64,000 bases of DNA, taken from the IMG/VR virus record IMGVR_UViG_3300020370_000002, positions 1-64,000 of that record; one strand, 5' to 3'. The translations under genes and the position numbers were made by a program. Source of the stretch: a virus. The notes under the pieces were generated by a model. That model was not told where the DNA came from. It saw only the letters and a list, made by a program, of their open reading frames with translations, and did no database searches. Positions 28,539 through 37,910 of the stretch are shown in pieces (position 1 is the first letter of the stretch; each line of letters opens with the position of its first letter).

Positions 28539-28874
28539 ATGGCAAATACATTTAAAAACGCTTTTAAAGCAAATGTAAATCACTCAGGCTATGTTGATTT
28601 ATATACTGCTGGAAGCGGAGTAACTACGGTGGTTCTTGGTTTAGCACTTTGTAATAAAACAGCAAATGCTGTAGATGCTACTGTGCAGATACAAGATACA
28701 GCACCTTCAACTGCTAACTTTCAAGTTTTGGATACTGTAAGTATACCTCCAAGAACAACCCTTGAAGTGTTGGCGGGGCAGAAGTACATACTTGAAGCTA
28801 CAGATGTTTTACGAGTAAAATCGGGAACTGCATCCGCACTTGATGCAACACTCGGAATTATGGAGATAACCTAA
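28539..28874 (+). CDS. Fibre-associated beta-sandwich structural protein
   Basis: MANTFKN...GQKYILEATD.L...MEIT family seen in aquatic phage tail clusters. Confidence 0.55.
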   Translation: MANTFKNAFKANVNHSGYVDLYTAGSGVTTVVLGLALCNKTANAVDATVQIQDTAPSTANFQVLDTVSIPPRTTLEVLAGQKYILEATDVLRVKSGTASALDATLGIMEIT

Positions 28875-29155
28875 TGCCATTTATTGGAAGAACCCCTGAC
28901 ATAGGAGCAGTATCTGATAATAGTGTTACTTCGGCAAAGATTGTAAATGCTACTATTGTAGAAGCAGACTTAGCAGATGATGCAGTTACAGCCGCAAAAA
29001 TAGCAAACAACGCAGTAGACATAGCAAGATTGAACGTATCTGATGGAACAAATGGACAGCTACTTAAAACAAACGGAAGTGGAACTTTATCTTTTACAGA
29101 CCCTCCTTCTGGTGGAGCAAGCGCGGGTAAAGCCTTCTTTATGGGACAATTATAA
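28874..29155 (+). CDS. Short fibre segment with decamer repeats
   Basis: MPFIG start, VTSAKI repeats, VDIARLNV.DG.NGQ.LKTNGSGTLSF shared with 25743-26861. Confidence 0.65.
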   Translation: MPFIGRTPDIGAVSDNSVTSAKIVNATIVEADLADDAVTAAKIANNAVDIARLNVSDGTNGQLLKTNGSGTLSFTDPPSGGASAGKAFFMGQL

Positions 29156-29463
29156 TGGCAGTTAAAATATCAGGTGTAAACCTATCAGCAAATACAACAG
29201 CAAACGTAGGACAGGCGGGTTCAAGTGGCGGTACATACACCGTCCATATTCTGAATCGAGGAACTACCTCTGCTCAAATACAACTAGGCGTGGGAGACTC
29301 TTCTGCGACTTTTGATACAAGTCAGAAGTTATTAGAATCCACACTAATAGGTATTAATGAAAGTATGAGTTTCTCTCCAGTTGTCTGTGGAGCATCGGAT
29401 TATATAATTGGCAGATCAACCGTGGCAAATGTGAACATGGTGATGATGGGGCATGACGAGTAA
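29155..29463 (+). CDS. Fibre-associated structural protein
   Basis: TAATG coupling on both sides; beta-rich 102 aa. Confidence 0.5.
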   Translation: MAVKISGVNLSANTTANVGQAGSSGGTYTVHILNRGTTSAQIQLGVGDSSATFDTSQKLLESTLIGINESMSFSPVVCGASDYIIGRSTVANVNMVMMGHDE

Positions 29464-30464
29464 TGGCTGGTTTAGTTTCAAATTCAACAGGTAAGAGTCG
29501 TACAAGAACGGAACTACCTATGTTTCCTCTTGCCGATACAACTCTATGGCCTTATTTTGGCTGCGACCAACCCGAGGGTGCTTATGCAAATTTACCAGGT
29601 TTTGCAGGCGGAACAGCAGGAAGATGTATTAGAATTCTTATGAACTCTAACACTTCTTTTGGAGCAACTCTGTATAACATAGACGGAACTGCCGCTACAG
29701 ATGGTGTTTGGAACGGAGGCATGACAATAGCAGAAGCGGCTGGAAGTGCAAACGCTGACCATTTTGTTGGCGCATGTATGGATGCTACAGACCAAGTTTT
29801 GTATATGCTATTTAATGATACAGGAACAAGTCCTGACACATTGTATTTTTCCAAGGTAAATGAAGCGGGAACTGTAACCGCCATTGGAAATGCTCAAGTT
29901 GCAAACACATCATTTGATGGCTTTCGCCTGAACAATTCTTATATGGGTGCTTTGCATCGTAAAGGCGGAGACGGTTCTGGAGACTTTGCCGTATATTGGA
30001 TGCATACCGCAGGAGGAAATGCTGCATATGGACTACCTTACCGTGGATCGGAAGTTACCATTGCAACAAGTAATGGGGCTCTAAGCTACGCAAATTTTAT
30101 GCCGACTACTTTTGGAAGTACAACTCCGACAGGCTACTATCCAAGGGTTGGGCCTACATCCAATAATATTGTAGGAAGCTTTGCTTCATCTTGGGGTGCT
30201 ACAGGAAATGGTTCAGCGATTGGTGGAAATTATGGCAATATCTGGAACAGAGACAATGGAAAAGCAATAACTCATGCTCATATGGGACATCCGTATCACA
30301 ATGGTGTACCGTGGGGCACTGGGTACGGTGTTATAACATTTAGGTGTAGAGGATACTATGTTTTCTCACAATATTATGCCACACAGTATGGACAAAAAAT
30401 TTATAAAGAAGAAGACGTTCATACTTGGTTAGACGAAATGGCGGTGTATTATGGAATTTTATAA
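29463..30464 (+). CDS. Putative receptor-binding / fibre tip protein
   Basis: 333 aa, Gly/aromatic-rich, in the fibre operon. Confidence 0.5.
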   Translation: MAGLVSNSTGKSRTRTELPMFPLADTTLWPYFGCDQPEGAYANLPGFAGGTAGRCIRILMNSNTSFGATLYNIDGTAATDGVWNGGMTIAEAAGSANADHFVGACMDATDQVLYMLFNDTGTSPDTLYFSKVNEAGTVTAIGNAQVANTSFDGFRLNNSYMGALHRKGGDGSGDFAVYWMHTAGGNAAYGLPYRGSEVTIATSNGALSYANFMPTTFGSTTPTGYYPRVGPTSNNIVGSFASSWGATGNGSAIGGNYGNIWNRDNGKAITHAHMGHPYHNGVPWGTGYGVITFRCRGYYVFSQYYATQYGQKIYKEEDVHTWLDEMAVYYGIL

Positions 30465-30753
30465 ATTTGTAGAAGTCGAAAAAGCAGGAATGTTACATTT
30501 TCCTGCATCTGTTTGGTTGAATCTTTTAACAGAAACAGAAATGTGCGCCTTCTTTCGTAGCTCTACACAGATCATAGCTGATACAGCACTACTAATGAGT
30601 AACAGAAATTGGATTGTTAATACTGAAAGCTCAAGATTTGATGATGTGATGACTGCTTGTGTAGCAGAAAGTATTTTTACTGCTGAAAGAGTAGCAGAGT
30701 TTAAGCGTGGTGTGATACCAATAAGCCCAATGGAATATTTAGACGGAGTATAA
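30451..30753 (+). CDS. Hypothetical protein, possible chaperone of the preceding gene
   Basis: Overlaps the upstream ORF; small and helical. Confidence 0.45.
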   Translation: MEFYKFVEVEKAGMLHFPASVWLNLLTETEMCAFFRSSTQIIADTALLMSNRNWIVNTESSRFDDVMTACVAESIFTAERVAEFKRGVIPISPMEYLDGV

Positions 30754-30756
30754 AAT

Positions 30757-30900
30757 ATGCCTTTTATAGGAGAACAACCAGCAGAAAGAGCAACATTAGG
30801 AGTTGTGGCAAGATCGGGCACAGTGACGATTGATTTATCTGTGCCTGGCACTATAACGGTCACGACCCGTTCAGGCACAGTAAGTGTAGGAGTAACATAA
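30757..30900 (+). CDS. 47-aa fibre-associated peptide (MPFIGEQP...)
   Basis: Untracked short ORF; MPFIG start as in 28874; TAATG overlap with the next gene. Confidence 0.6.
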   Translation: MPFIGEQPAERATLGVVARSGTVTIDLSVPGTITVTTRSGTVSVGVT

Positions 30901-31616
30901 TGGCAGATAGATTTCCACTTGTAGTGGATTCATCAAATAACAACATAAAAGAAATTCCTTCTGGGGATAATCTTGATATCACTGGTTGTGGACTTATAAC
31001 ATCCTCAGGAAACAGTAATATAGGACTTACTCCCCATGGCACTGGAGTTGTTCGTATTGATGGCACAAGTGGCATTGATATGCAATCAGGCGAAATCTCA
31101 ATTAAAAACAGCGGAACTGTATCAAACATCAAACTGTATTGTGAGCAAAGCAATGCTCACTACGTACAGTTACAGTCGCCTGCACACAGTGCGTATAGTG
31201 GAAATGTTACTCTTACTTTGCCTTCTAAGACGGGTACTATAATAGGAGCAGATGCGAATAATGTTACAACTTTTTTAGGAGGAACTGCGGGCAAGACTAC
31301 GGCAGTTTCTTCCTCTGGTGGTACTGCTACTTTTAATTTACAACTTGGGGATAGTTTTACAACTACTCTTACTGAGAATACTACATTTGCTTTTTCAAAT
31401 CCTCCAGCTGGTACAGGGTTAGGAGCTTTTATAATAAAAGTAAAACAAGACGGCACTGGTGGTAGAACACTTGCATTTCCTGGAACAGTCGATTGGGCAG
31501 GTGGTTCAGCTCCTGATGTTTCAACAGGAGCAAATGATGTAGATATTTTCGTATTTGTAACTGTAGATGCAGGAACAATTTATTATGGAATTACAGCAGG
31601 ACAGGACTTAGGATAA
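30900..31616 (+). CDS. Tail fibre segment
   Basis: IGLTPHGTGVV; C-terminal QDGTGGRTLAFP..VDWAGG.AP domain. Confidence 0.7.
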   Translation: MADRFPLVVDSSNNNIKEIPSGDNLDITGCGLITSSGNSNIGLTPHGTGVVRIDGTSGIDMQSGEISIKNSGTVSNIKLYCEQSNAHYVQLQSPAHSAYSGNVTLTLPSKTGTIIGADANNVTTFLGGTAGKTTAVSSSGGTATFNLQLGDSFTTTLTENTTFAFSNPPAGTGLGAFIIKVKQDGTGGRTLAFPGTVDWAGGSAPDVSTGANDVDIFVFVTVDAGTIYYGITAGQDLG

Positions 31617-33679
31617 TGACCTTACGAATACTAGCAGGAGGCGGAGGCGCGGCTGACCCAAGGGACGACGATTTTAACCTTGTAACTACGCTTCTTCAAG
31701 GAAACGGGCCTAATGCAGGAACGAACGGTTTTTTTACAAATAGCTCTGGAGATAGCTATAGTATAAGTACATCAGGATCTATAAATCAGGGAAGAAGGAG
31801 CCCTTTTAGTGCACCTGCAGGATACTGGTCTACATTTTTTGATGGTGCGAGTGAATACTTTAAAGTAAATGCAACTAATGATTTTGCTTTTGGTACAGGT
31901 GCTTATACTATTGAAATGTGGGTTTGGAAAACTAGCACAGGCTCGCAGTTTTTTTACGAAGGCAGAGATGGAGGAGATACAGGCAGAATTTTGTTATATG
32001 TCAATAGCAATAATAAACTTGCTGCTCATATAGACGGTGGGACTGTAGGAACTATAGAGTCCTCAAGTGGTACTTTTCCTTTAAATCAATGGGTTCATAT
32101 AGCTCTTACTAGAAACTCAACTTATGGTTATATGTATCAAAATGGAGCACAAGTTGCTACTTGGTCAGATTCTGTGAATGTTGTAAAACCAAGCTCTGAT
32201 TTATATGTAGGTAGGTACTATTCTGGGGGCAGTTATGACTTTAAAGGCTATATATCAAATCTTCGAGTTATAAAAGGAACTGCTTTATACACTTCTGCTT
32301 TTACTGCTCCAACAGCGCCTTTGACTGCGGTTACAAATACTAAACTACTTATGTGTACTAGTAATAGTATGTTGGAAGATAGAAGTGGAACAAATAAAGT
32401 AATTAGATCATATGGCGGACAAGAAGGTTATTCTTTTTCTCCTTTTGCTCGACCAGCAGCTACCGCTGCTTATGATGCTGCGGTACATGGAGGCTCCTAT
32501 AGTTTTGATAGGAGTGTTCCTAACTACGCGCAGATGAACCACGCTAATTTTGCTATGGGCACAGGTAATTTTACGATTGAAGGCTGGGTTAGATTTACAA
32601 AACTTACAGACCATGGTATATTTCATACCACACCGTCAGGTATTGGTAGCGTCAATACATCAAACCCCTCACTTGGAATATCTTCTAGTGGAAATTATTG
32701 GACTATATACTCAGGGGTAGGACAAAAAATTTTTAGTGGTATTGATGCACCCATTATGTATACTTGGTATCATTTTGCACTCGTTAGAGGCACGTCAGAT
32801 GGGGTGGATAATGCCTTAAGGCTTTATATAAATGGAGTAAGAGCAACTGATGGAAGCGGTGCTGATGGCTATGTTGATACAACAAACTATACAGCACAAT
32901 ATCTTACGATAGGTGCATACTACTCGAGTACTTATGCACTTCATGGAGACTTAAGTAACTTCAGGGTTATAAAAGGGGACCAAATCTATGCTGCTAACTT
33001 TACTCCCCCGACCGCTCCTGTGACTAATACTGGAACAAACACAAGACTTTTACTACAGGGAACAAATGCAAAAATAGTCGATGGCTCAAGAAATTTCAAT
33101 ATTTTCCTGAATCAAAATACGCATTTAGATACTAGCATTAAAAAATTCGGTACTGCAAGTATTGAGATTAATGGTCATGCTGCGAACGAATTTTTAAAAG
33201 CTCCTCCACAAATGTTTTACGGAAATAACTACCTGCACAGAATTTTAGATATAGGTGTATTTACGGTTGAGTTTTGGGTATATGTAGACAGCTATCATGC
33301 TGCATATATGGATATTGTTGGAGTGTTTAATGGGTCGTCCTCAGGTTGGTTAATTTACCAAAATGGAAACAATCTTGAGGTTTATATGAATGGAAGCACA
33401 ATGATTACTGGAACCAGACCATCCGTTGATGCGTGGCATCATATTGCGATGACAAGGGACGGAACAACTCTAAGACTATTTGTAGATGGTAGTCTGCATG
33501 GAAGTGCTACCAACAATAGCACAGGTGTGTCGCAAACCAACAACCCTCTTCGAATTGGAGACACTGGAGGGGGTAGAAACTCTTTAGATGGATATATAGA
33601 CGATTTTAGAATAACATATGGTAAAGCTAGGTACACTTCCAACTTTACAGCACCAACCGAAGAATTTTTAGCTATATAG
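31616..33679 (+). CDS. LamG/concanavalin-A-like multidomain adhesin
   Basis: Three repeats of F/YTIE.W...W.H.A..R...G.I...RV/I; YT..FT.PT linkers. Confidence 0.85.
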   Translation: MTLRILAGGGGAADPRDDDFNLVTTLLQGNGPNAGTNGFFTNSSGDSYSISTSGSINQGRRSPFSAPAGYWSTFFDGASEYFKVNATNDFAFGTGAYTIEMWVWKTSTGSQFFYEGRDGGDTGRILLYVNSNNKLAAHIDGGTVGTIESSSGTFPLNQWVHIALTRNSTYGYMYQNGAQVATWSDSVNVVKPSSDLYVGRYYSGGSYDFKGYISNLRVIKGTALYTSAFTAPTAPLTAVTNTKLLMCTSNSMLEDRSGTNKVIRSYGGQEGYSFSPFARPAATAAYDAAVHGGSYSFDRSVPNYAQMNHANFAMGTGNFTIEGWVRFTKLTDHGIFHTTPSGIGSVNTSNPSLGISSSGNYWTIYSGVGQKIFSGIDAPIMYTWYHFALVRGTSDGVDNALRLYINGVRATDGSGADGYVDTTNYTAQYLTIGAYYSSTYALHGDLSNFRVIKGDQIYAANFTPPTAPVTNTGTNTRLLLQGTNAKIVDGSRNFNIFLNQNTHLDTSIKKFGTASIEINGHAANEFLKAPPQMFYGNNYLHRILDIGVFTVEFWVYVDSYHAAYMDIVGVFNGSSSGWLIYQNGNNLEVYMNGSTMITGTRPSVDAWHHIAMTRDGTTLRLFVDGSLHGSATNNSTGVSQTNNPLRIGDTGGGRNSLDGYIDDFRITYGKARYTSNFTAPTEEFLAI

Positions 33680-33689
33680 GAGATAAAAA

Positions 33690-34166
33690 ATGCAAATAGC
33701 AATAATAAAAGATAATGCCGTAGAAACTATGGGGGAGCATAAAGAATTGTTTCCAAATGTTGGGTTTCCTGGTGGAGTACCTACAGAGTCTTGGATGGCA
33801 GAAAACTCTGTTATGCCCGTTACTGAGTTTCGACCGTATAACGGACTTACTGAAAAAAGCACGCCTGTAGACCCTTACATAGAAAGTGGTGTGGTTTATT
33901 TACACAAAATAGAGACGTTAGATGATAGCGAAAAAACTGCTGCACAGACAGCAAGAAACAATCGAATTGCAGAAGACAACAGAGCGTTTAGAGACCGATT
34001 ACTTGCAGAGAGCGACTGGATGGCAAACAGTGATGTAACGATGACAGATGAGTGGAAAACATACAGGCAAGCACTTCGAGATATTACAAAGCATAGCAGT
34101 TGGCCTAATTTAAAACTAGGGGGCCCAGGAACAGAAGAGACTGACTGGCCCGTTCAACCTTCGTAG
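33690..34166 (+). CDS. Tail fibre assembly chaperone
   Basis: RDRLLAESDW...WKTYRQALRDIT...WP. Confidence 0.8.
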   Translation: MQIAIIKDNAVETMGEHKELFPNVGFPGGVPTESWMAENSVMPVTEFRPYNGLTEKSTPVDPYIESGVVYLHKIETLDDSEKTAAQTARNNRIAEDNRAFRDRLLAESDWMANSDVTMTDEWKTYRQALRDITKHSSWPNLKLGGPGTEETDWPVQPS

Positions 34167-34175
34167 GAGAGATAA

Positions 34176-34637
34176 ATGGCATTTTCAAAAGCACGTAGAC
34201 TTGCAGACTTAATGTCAGCGGCATCTGCCTCAGTTCCTGCTTCAAAAAGAACGCTTGCAGATGATGCAGTTACGTCTGCAAAAATAGCAGACAATGCAAT
34301 CATTACAGCTTTGATAGCAGATGGTGCGATTACTGGTGCAAAACTTGCAGCAGGCGTTGGAGGCGGATATAATAGTTGGTCTGTAAAAACAGGAACTTAT
34401 ACAGCAGCGAGCAGAGACCAACTTATTGCCAATAGCGGTAGTGCTTTTACTATAACCTTGCCATCTTCTCCAAGTGCAGGAAACTCTGTAACTATACATA
34501 ATGCAGGTGCGGGAACAGTTACAATAGGAAGAAATAGTTCAAACATAGAATCAACAGCAGATGATGGAGAACTGGAAACAGGAAAATCAACTCAATTAGT
34601 TTATATTGACAGCACCATAGGTTGGAAGGAGGTATAA
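34176..34637 (+). CDS. Short fibre adaptor with decamer repeats
   Basis: SKARRLADL N-terminus, VTSAKIAD repeats, C-terminal domain paralogous to 25743-26861. Confidence 0.7.
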   Translation: MAFSKARRLADLMSAASASVPASKRTLADDAVTSAKIADNAIITALIADGAITGAKLAAGVGGGYNSWSVKTGTYTAASRDQLIANSGSAFTITLPSSPSAGNSVTIHNAGAGTVTIGRNSSNIESTADDGELETGKSTQLVYIDSTIGWKEV

Positions 34638-34638
34638 A

Positions 34639-36747
34639 ATGCCAGTTAAATTAGGTGGTTCAGGAGGCGGTGGCGGACAAGTCACAGAAATTTCTGCTAC
34701 AGCAGATGGCGCAATAGCTAATGGAGCACCCTGTATTCAAAGTGGAGATGGAAAGATTGCGACTCCCGTAGGAAATATTGCTGCTAACGCAATAGATGTT
34801 GGTTCAAATACATCTTCAAATAATAACTCCGCTTATTATGCGTTTTATAACGGAATTACTTTTGTTGATAGAGCCGCTGGTAGAGGGATTCTGTTAGGCA
34901 ATCAAGGCGTGGGGTATAACTACCGTGCTACATGCAAATTATTCACGGTAAATACAAGCACAGGAGGAGGGACAGCAAGTGGCATGACTTCTACAAATTT
35001 TAGTTACCCACAAGGCACTGGTGTAAACTATACGCAGTATCCAGTAGGAGCAATTTGGGATGCAGATACTGATTCATGGTTTGGTTGTTACCGTTTTAAT
35101 TCCTCAGCTAGCTATGGACTAAATATGTTTAAACATAGAACTACAAATGGTACAACAAGTACAGCGGGTTACGGGCATACCTTTGGCACTACTAATTATT
35201 GGAATCCGTATTCAAGTCAAAGCGTTGGATCAACTAGATTTATAGAAGCAAGAGGATTCAAATATGTAATCACTACTGGAAGCACTCAGGCTTATGGCAG
35301 AGACTCTTGTATGGTGCATGGGCCGTTTACGTGGACTTCAAATGCGCATGACGGAGGTGCGTTCGGTGCTCATGTTGTAGCAACAGATTACGTTGCGAAT
35401 GGGTATAACTATACCGCAGATGCAAGTTATGATTCCGCTAATGAACAAATCGTAGTAGTAACCGCGAATTATAACGCTGGTGCTCACAATCAAACTCTTT
35501 ATGCTTTTGACGTAGCCGCTAATGGGACAGTAACGTATTCTCACTATCTTGCGAACGCTGGTGGAGCTGATGTTATAGGCCAAATTCGAGCAGTTGAGTG
35601 TGATACAGCAGGCAATATAGTTTGGTCTGAATTAACTGCGAAAAAATTTTATGCTGCTTCAAACAACGGAAGTGCTTTTACAAAAGGCGGCTCTTTAGCA
35701 TGGCCTGCTGGGGTTCATTCTCAGATAAGTATGCGATATAGTTCTACTTATAAAAATTTTGTTGCGAGTTTTTGTCCAGCCAATTTTTCGGCCCTCCCCC
35801 CTCCTAAACATATTATCTTTGCAGTAGGAGCTGGCAATTTTTCAGATAAGACTTTTACGTCAGCAGGCACTGGTTCTACTTATGGCACATACGGAAACTA
35901 TGCAGGCTACCAGGACTATCCGACTAGCTCAGCAAAAATAGGCGGTAACTTCGCGGATACTACAGATACCTTTATTCAGTACAACTTCGGAAACGCAGAT
36001 GGTAACACCGTGTCGGAAGTAAATAGTAATAAAATTGCCACTAGCAATTTATTTACAGGTAATTATATAGGTTTAGCAAAAGCCGCTATATCTAATGGAG
36101 CATCTGGAACTTTAACAACAAAGGGTGCGATAAATGAATCTCAATCTGGACTTACTGCGGGTGCGAGATATGCGGTAACACCAACAGGCACGGTAAAAAC
36201 AGAGTCTTCTTTAACTGACGCAGAGCAGCTATCAAGTGTTTTTCTTGGAACCGCTACTGCTACGAACGCTATTATCGTAGGGGATAGTTTAGTTGCAGTA
36301 GATTCGTCTGCTATTCATAACGATGTACCTAAGGGAGTAGCCACTAGCGGGAGTAGCACTCCTGCTGCTTATTCAACCGACGGTTGGACGAGTGTATTAA
36401 ATAGGTTCGGTATAAATACTTCAAGCGTAACCGCAACAGGAACAAATACCATACTCAAAGTTACAGGTAGTGGTACAGTTTTATATTTTATCCTAGGTGG
36501 GCAAAGTCAACAATCAACAAGCGTAACAGTACATATTGATGGTGTACAGATTATAGAGTCAGGCACGATTACTACTGGAAATAGCTATCCTTATTGTCCT
36601 ATTGGTGAATTTGGTGGAGTAAACAGCAATAAACACGGAAACTTCTCGCCTTCAACGGCTTTTAGTTTTAATAAAAGTTTTGAAGTAAAAAACAATGGTG
36701 GAACAGCTACAGCCTTTTATATAGGCTATAGAATAGTAGAGAACTAG
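34639..36747 (+). CDS. Large fibre tip / receptor-binding protein
   Basis: 702 aa, Gly/Ser/Thr/Tyr-rich; ATADGAIANG...YIGLA...QSGLTAGARY.V split domain flanking a variable core. Confidence 0.65.
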   Translation: MPVKLGGSGGGGGQVTEISATADGAIANGAPCIQSGDGKIATPVGNIAANAIDVGSNTSSNNNSAYYAFYNGITFVDRAAGRGILLGNQGVGYNYRATCKLFTVNTSTGGGTASGMTSTNFSYPQGTGVNYTQYPVGAIWDADTDSWFGCYRFNSSASYGLNMFKHRTTNGTTSTAGYGHTFGTTNYWNPYSSQSVGSTRFIEARGFKYVITTGSTQAYGRDSCMVHGPFTWTSNAHDGGAFGAHVVATDYVANGYNYTADASYDSANEQIVVVTANYNAGAHNQTLYAFDVAANGTVTYSHYLANAGGADVIGQIRAVECDTAGNIVWSELTAKKFYAASNNGSAFTKGGSLAWPAGVHSQISMRYSSTYKNFVASFCPANFSALPPPKHIIFAVGAGNFSDKTFTSAGTGSTYGTYGNYAGYQDYPTSSAKIGGNFADTTDTFIQYNFGNADGNTVSEVNSNKIATSNLFTGNYIGLAKAAISNGASGTLTTKGAINESQSGLTAGARYAVTPTGTVKTESSLTDAEQLSSVFLGTATATNAIIVGDSLVAVDSSAIHNDVPKGVATSGSSTPAAYSTDGWTSVLNRFGINTSSVTATGTNTILKVTGSGTVLYFILGGQSQQSTSVTVHIDGVQIIESGTITTGNSYPYCPIGEFGGVNSNKHGNFSPSTAFSFNKSFEVKNNGGTATAFYIGYRIVEN

Positions 36748-36749
36748 AA

Positions 36750-37031
36750 ATGACAAAAATAAACTTAACAAATCCAGATAAAGACCCTGTTCATGGAGAT
36801 GAGATTTTAGAAACTCAAGGCGGTTTGAAGATATACTATACTCACGCTGAAGACTCACGTTCAAAAGAAGAGCAAGCGCGAGAGTGGCGAAATCAAGAGT
36901 TAGTAGATAGTGATTGGATCATGTCAGTTCCTGACCATCCACAGTTTGAAGCATATAAAACCTATCGTACTAAGTTAAGAGACTGGCCCGCTAGCGAGTC
37001 AGATTTTCCTGATACGAAACCAACATTATAG
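36750..37031 (+). CDS. Tail fibre assembly chaperone
   Basis: AREWRNQELVDSDW...YRTKLRDWP; paralogue of 27888-28202. Confidence 0.75.
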   Translation: MTKINLTNPDKDPVHGDEILETQGGLKIYYTHAEDSRSKEEQAREWRNQELVDSDWIMSVPDHPQFEAYKTYRTKLRDWPASESDFPDTKPTL

Positions 37032-37065
37032 GGCTGAGCCCAAGATTCCAAGGAGGGAATATAAT

Positions 37066-37746
37066 ATGAGAAAACTAGTGGCTATGGGGTTAATTGCCCT
37101 CAGCCTTGGGGCCTGTGCGAGTACGTCTACAGAGTATTACAATGCAGTAGAAAGAGCAGCTCTAGCGCAGGCAAAGGTACAAGAAGCAAGATATAACGCT
37201 CTAAGCAAAATTGCAGGACAAGGAGACGGGGCAGCAACTGCCGCGGTTATGGCTCTCGCTATGACAAATCAAACTCCTATAGTTCCTAAAGCCCAACAAT
37301 CTGCAGCCCTACAATGGGCATCAGTCCTCTCGGGCCCAGTTTCGTCATTAGGAGCAATGTGGCTTTCAAATGATGCAACTAAATCAATGGCAAGATTCAA
37401 TAGAGACACTCAAATAGCAAACATAAGAGCAGACCAAACAAATACTACTCAACTATATGGTTTATTAGGTTCTAATTCTGATAATCTAACAAGTATGGGT
37501 TTGGGAGGCTTTAATGCGTTGAATACTTCTATGGAATATATGGATAATACCGATATTGTAATACCAGACTATTCTACTAACTTTGGTGATATTGACGATT
37601 ACTTACTAAAAATAATAGATAATTTAAATACTACTAATGGAGAAGATAATCAAATTTGGGTTCCAGGTGTTAACTGTGTAAGTGCTGGAAACGGTATAAT
37701 TGGTGTCGGATCATCAGGAAGTGCGGTTCCTATTTGCCCACAATAA
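37066..37746 (+). CDS. Lipoprotein at the end of the late operon
   Basis: Signal peptide MRKLVAMGLIALSLGA-C (lipobox LGAC); SD AAGGAGG. Confidence 0.75.
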   Translation: MRKLVAMGLIALSLGACASTSTEYYNAVERAALAQAKVQEARYNALSKIAGQGDGAATAAVMALAMTNQTPIVPKAQQSAALQWASVLSGPVSSLGAMWLSNDATKSMARFNRDTQIANIRADQTNTTQLYGLLGSNSDNLTSMGLGGFNALNTSMEYMDNTDIVIPDYSTNFGDIDDYLLKIIDNLNTTNGEDNQIWVPGVNCVSAGNGIIGVGSSGSAVPICPQ

Positions 37747-37770
37747 AAAAGGGGCTATTCAGCCCCCTCT
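37745..37770. terminator. Terminator at the convergence of the late and replication units
   Basis: A6-GGGGCT-ATTC-AGCCCC-CTCT; U-tract on the minus strand. Confidence 0.75.
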
Positions 37771-37910
37771 TCACTTACCATTTCAGGTTGCATTTGAGGT
37801 GCAGCCTGTTGTTGTATCTTTTGGATAAGTCCCATACTATGTTTAGCAGGTAGTTCCCCTAAACCTTGTAAGAGTACATTTACTTCTTCTACTTCTAATT
37901 CAAATTTCAT
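37755..37910 (-). CDS. 51-aa hypothetical protein (MKFELEVEEVNVLLQGLGELPAK...)
   Basis: Untracked ORF with an ATGA overlap to the nrdB stop. Confidence 0.6.
   Translation of the reverse strand: MKFELEVEEVNVLLQGLGELPAKHSMGLIQKIQQQAAPQMQPEMVSEEGAE

Noticed and set aside
23854-37031. Diversity-generating retroelement or invertase shufflon acting on fibre genes
   Set aside because: No reverse transcriptase or recombinase in the window; the paralogous segments differ at all base types, mostly synonymously, not just at adenines; all genes are co-oriented
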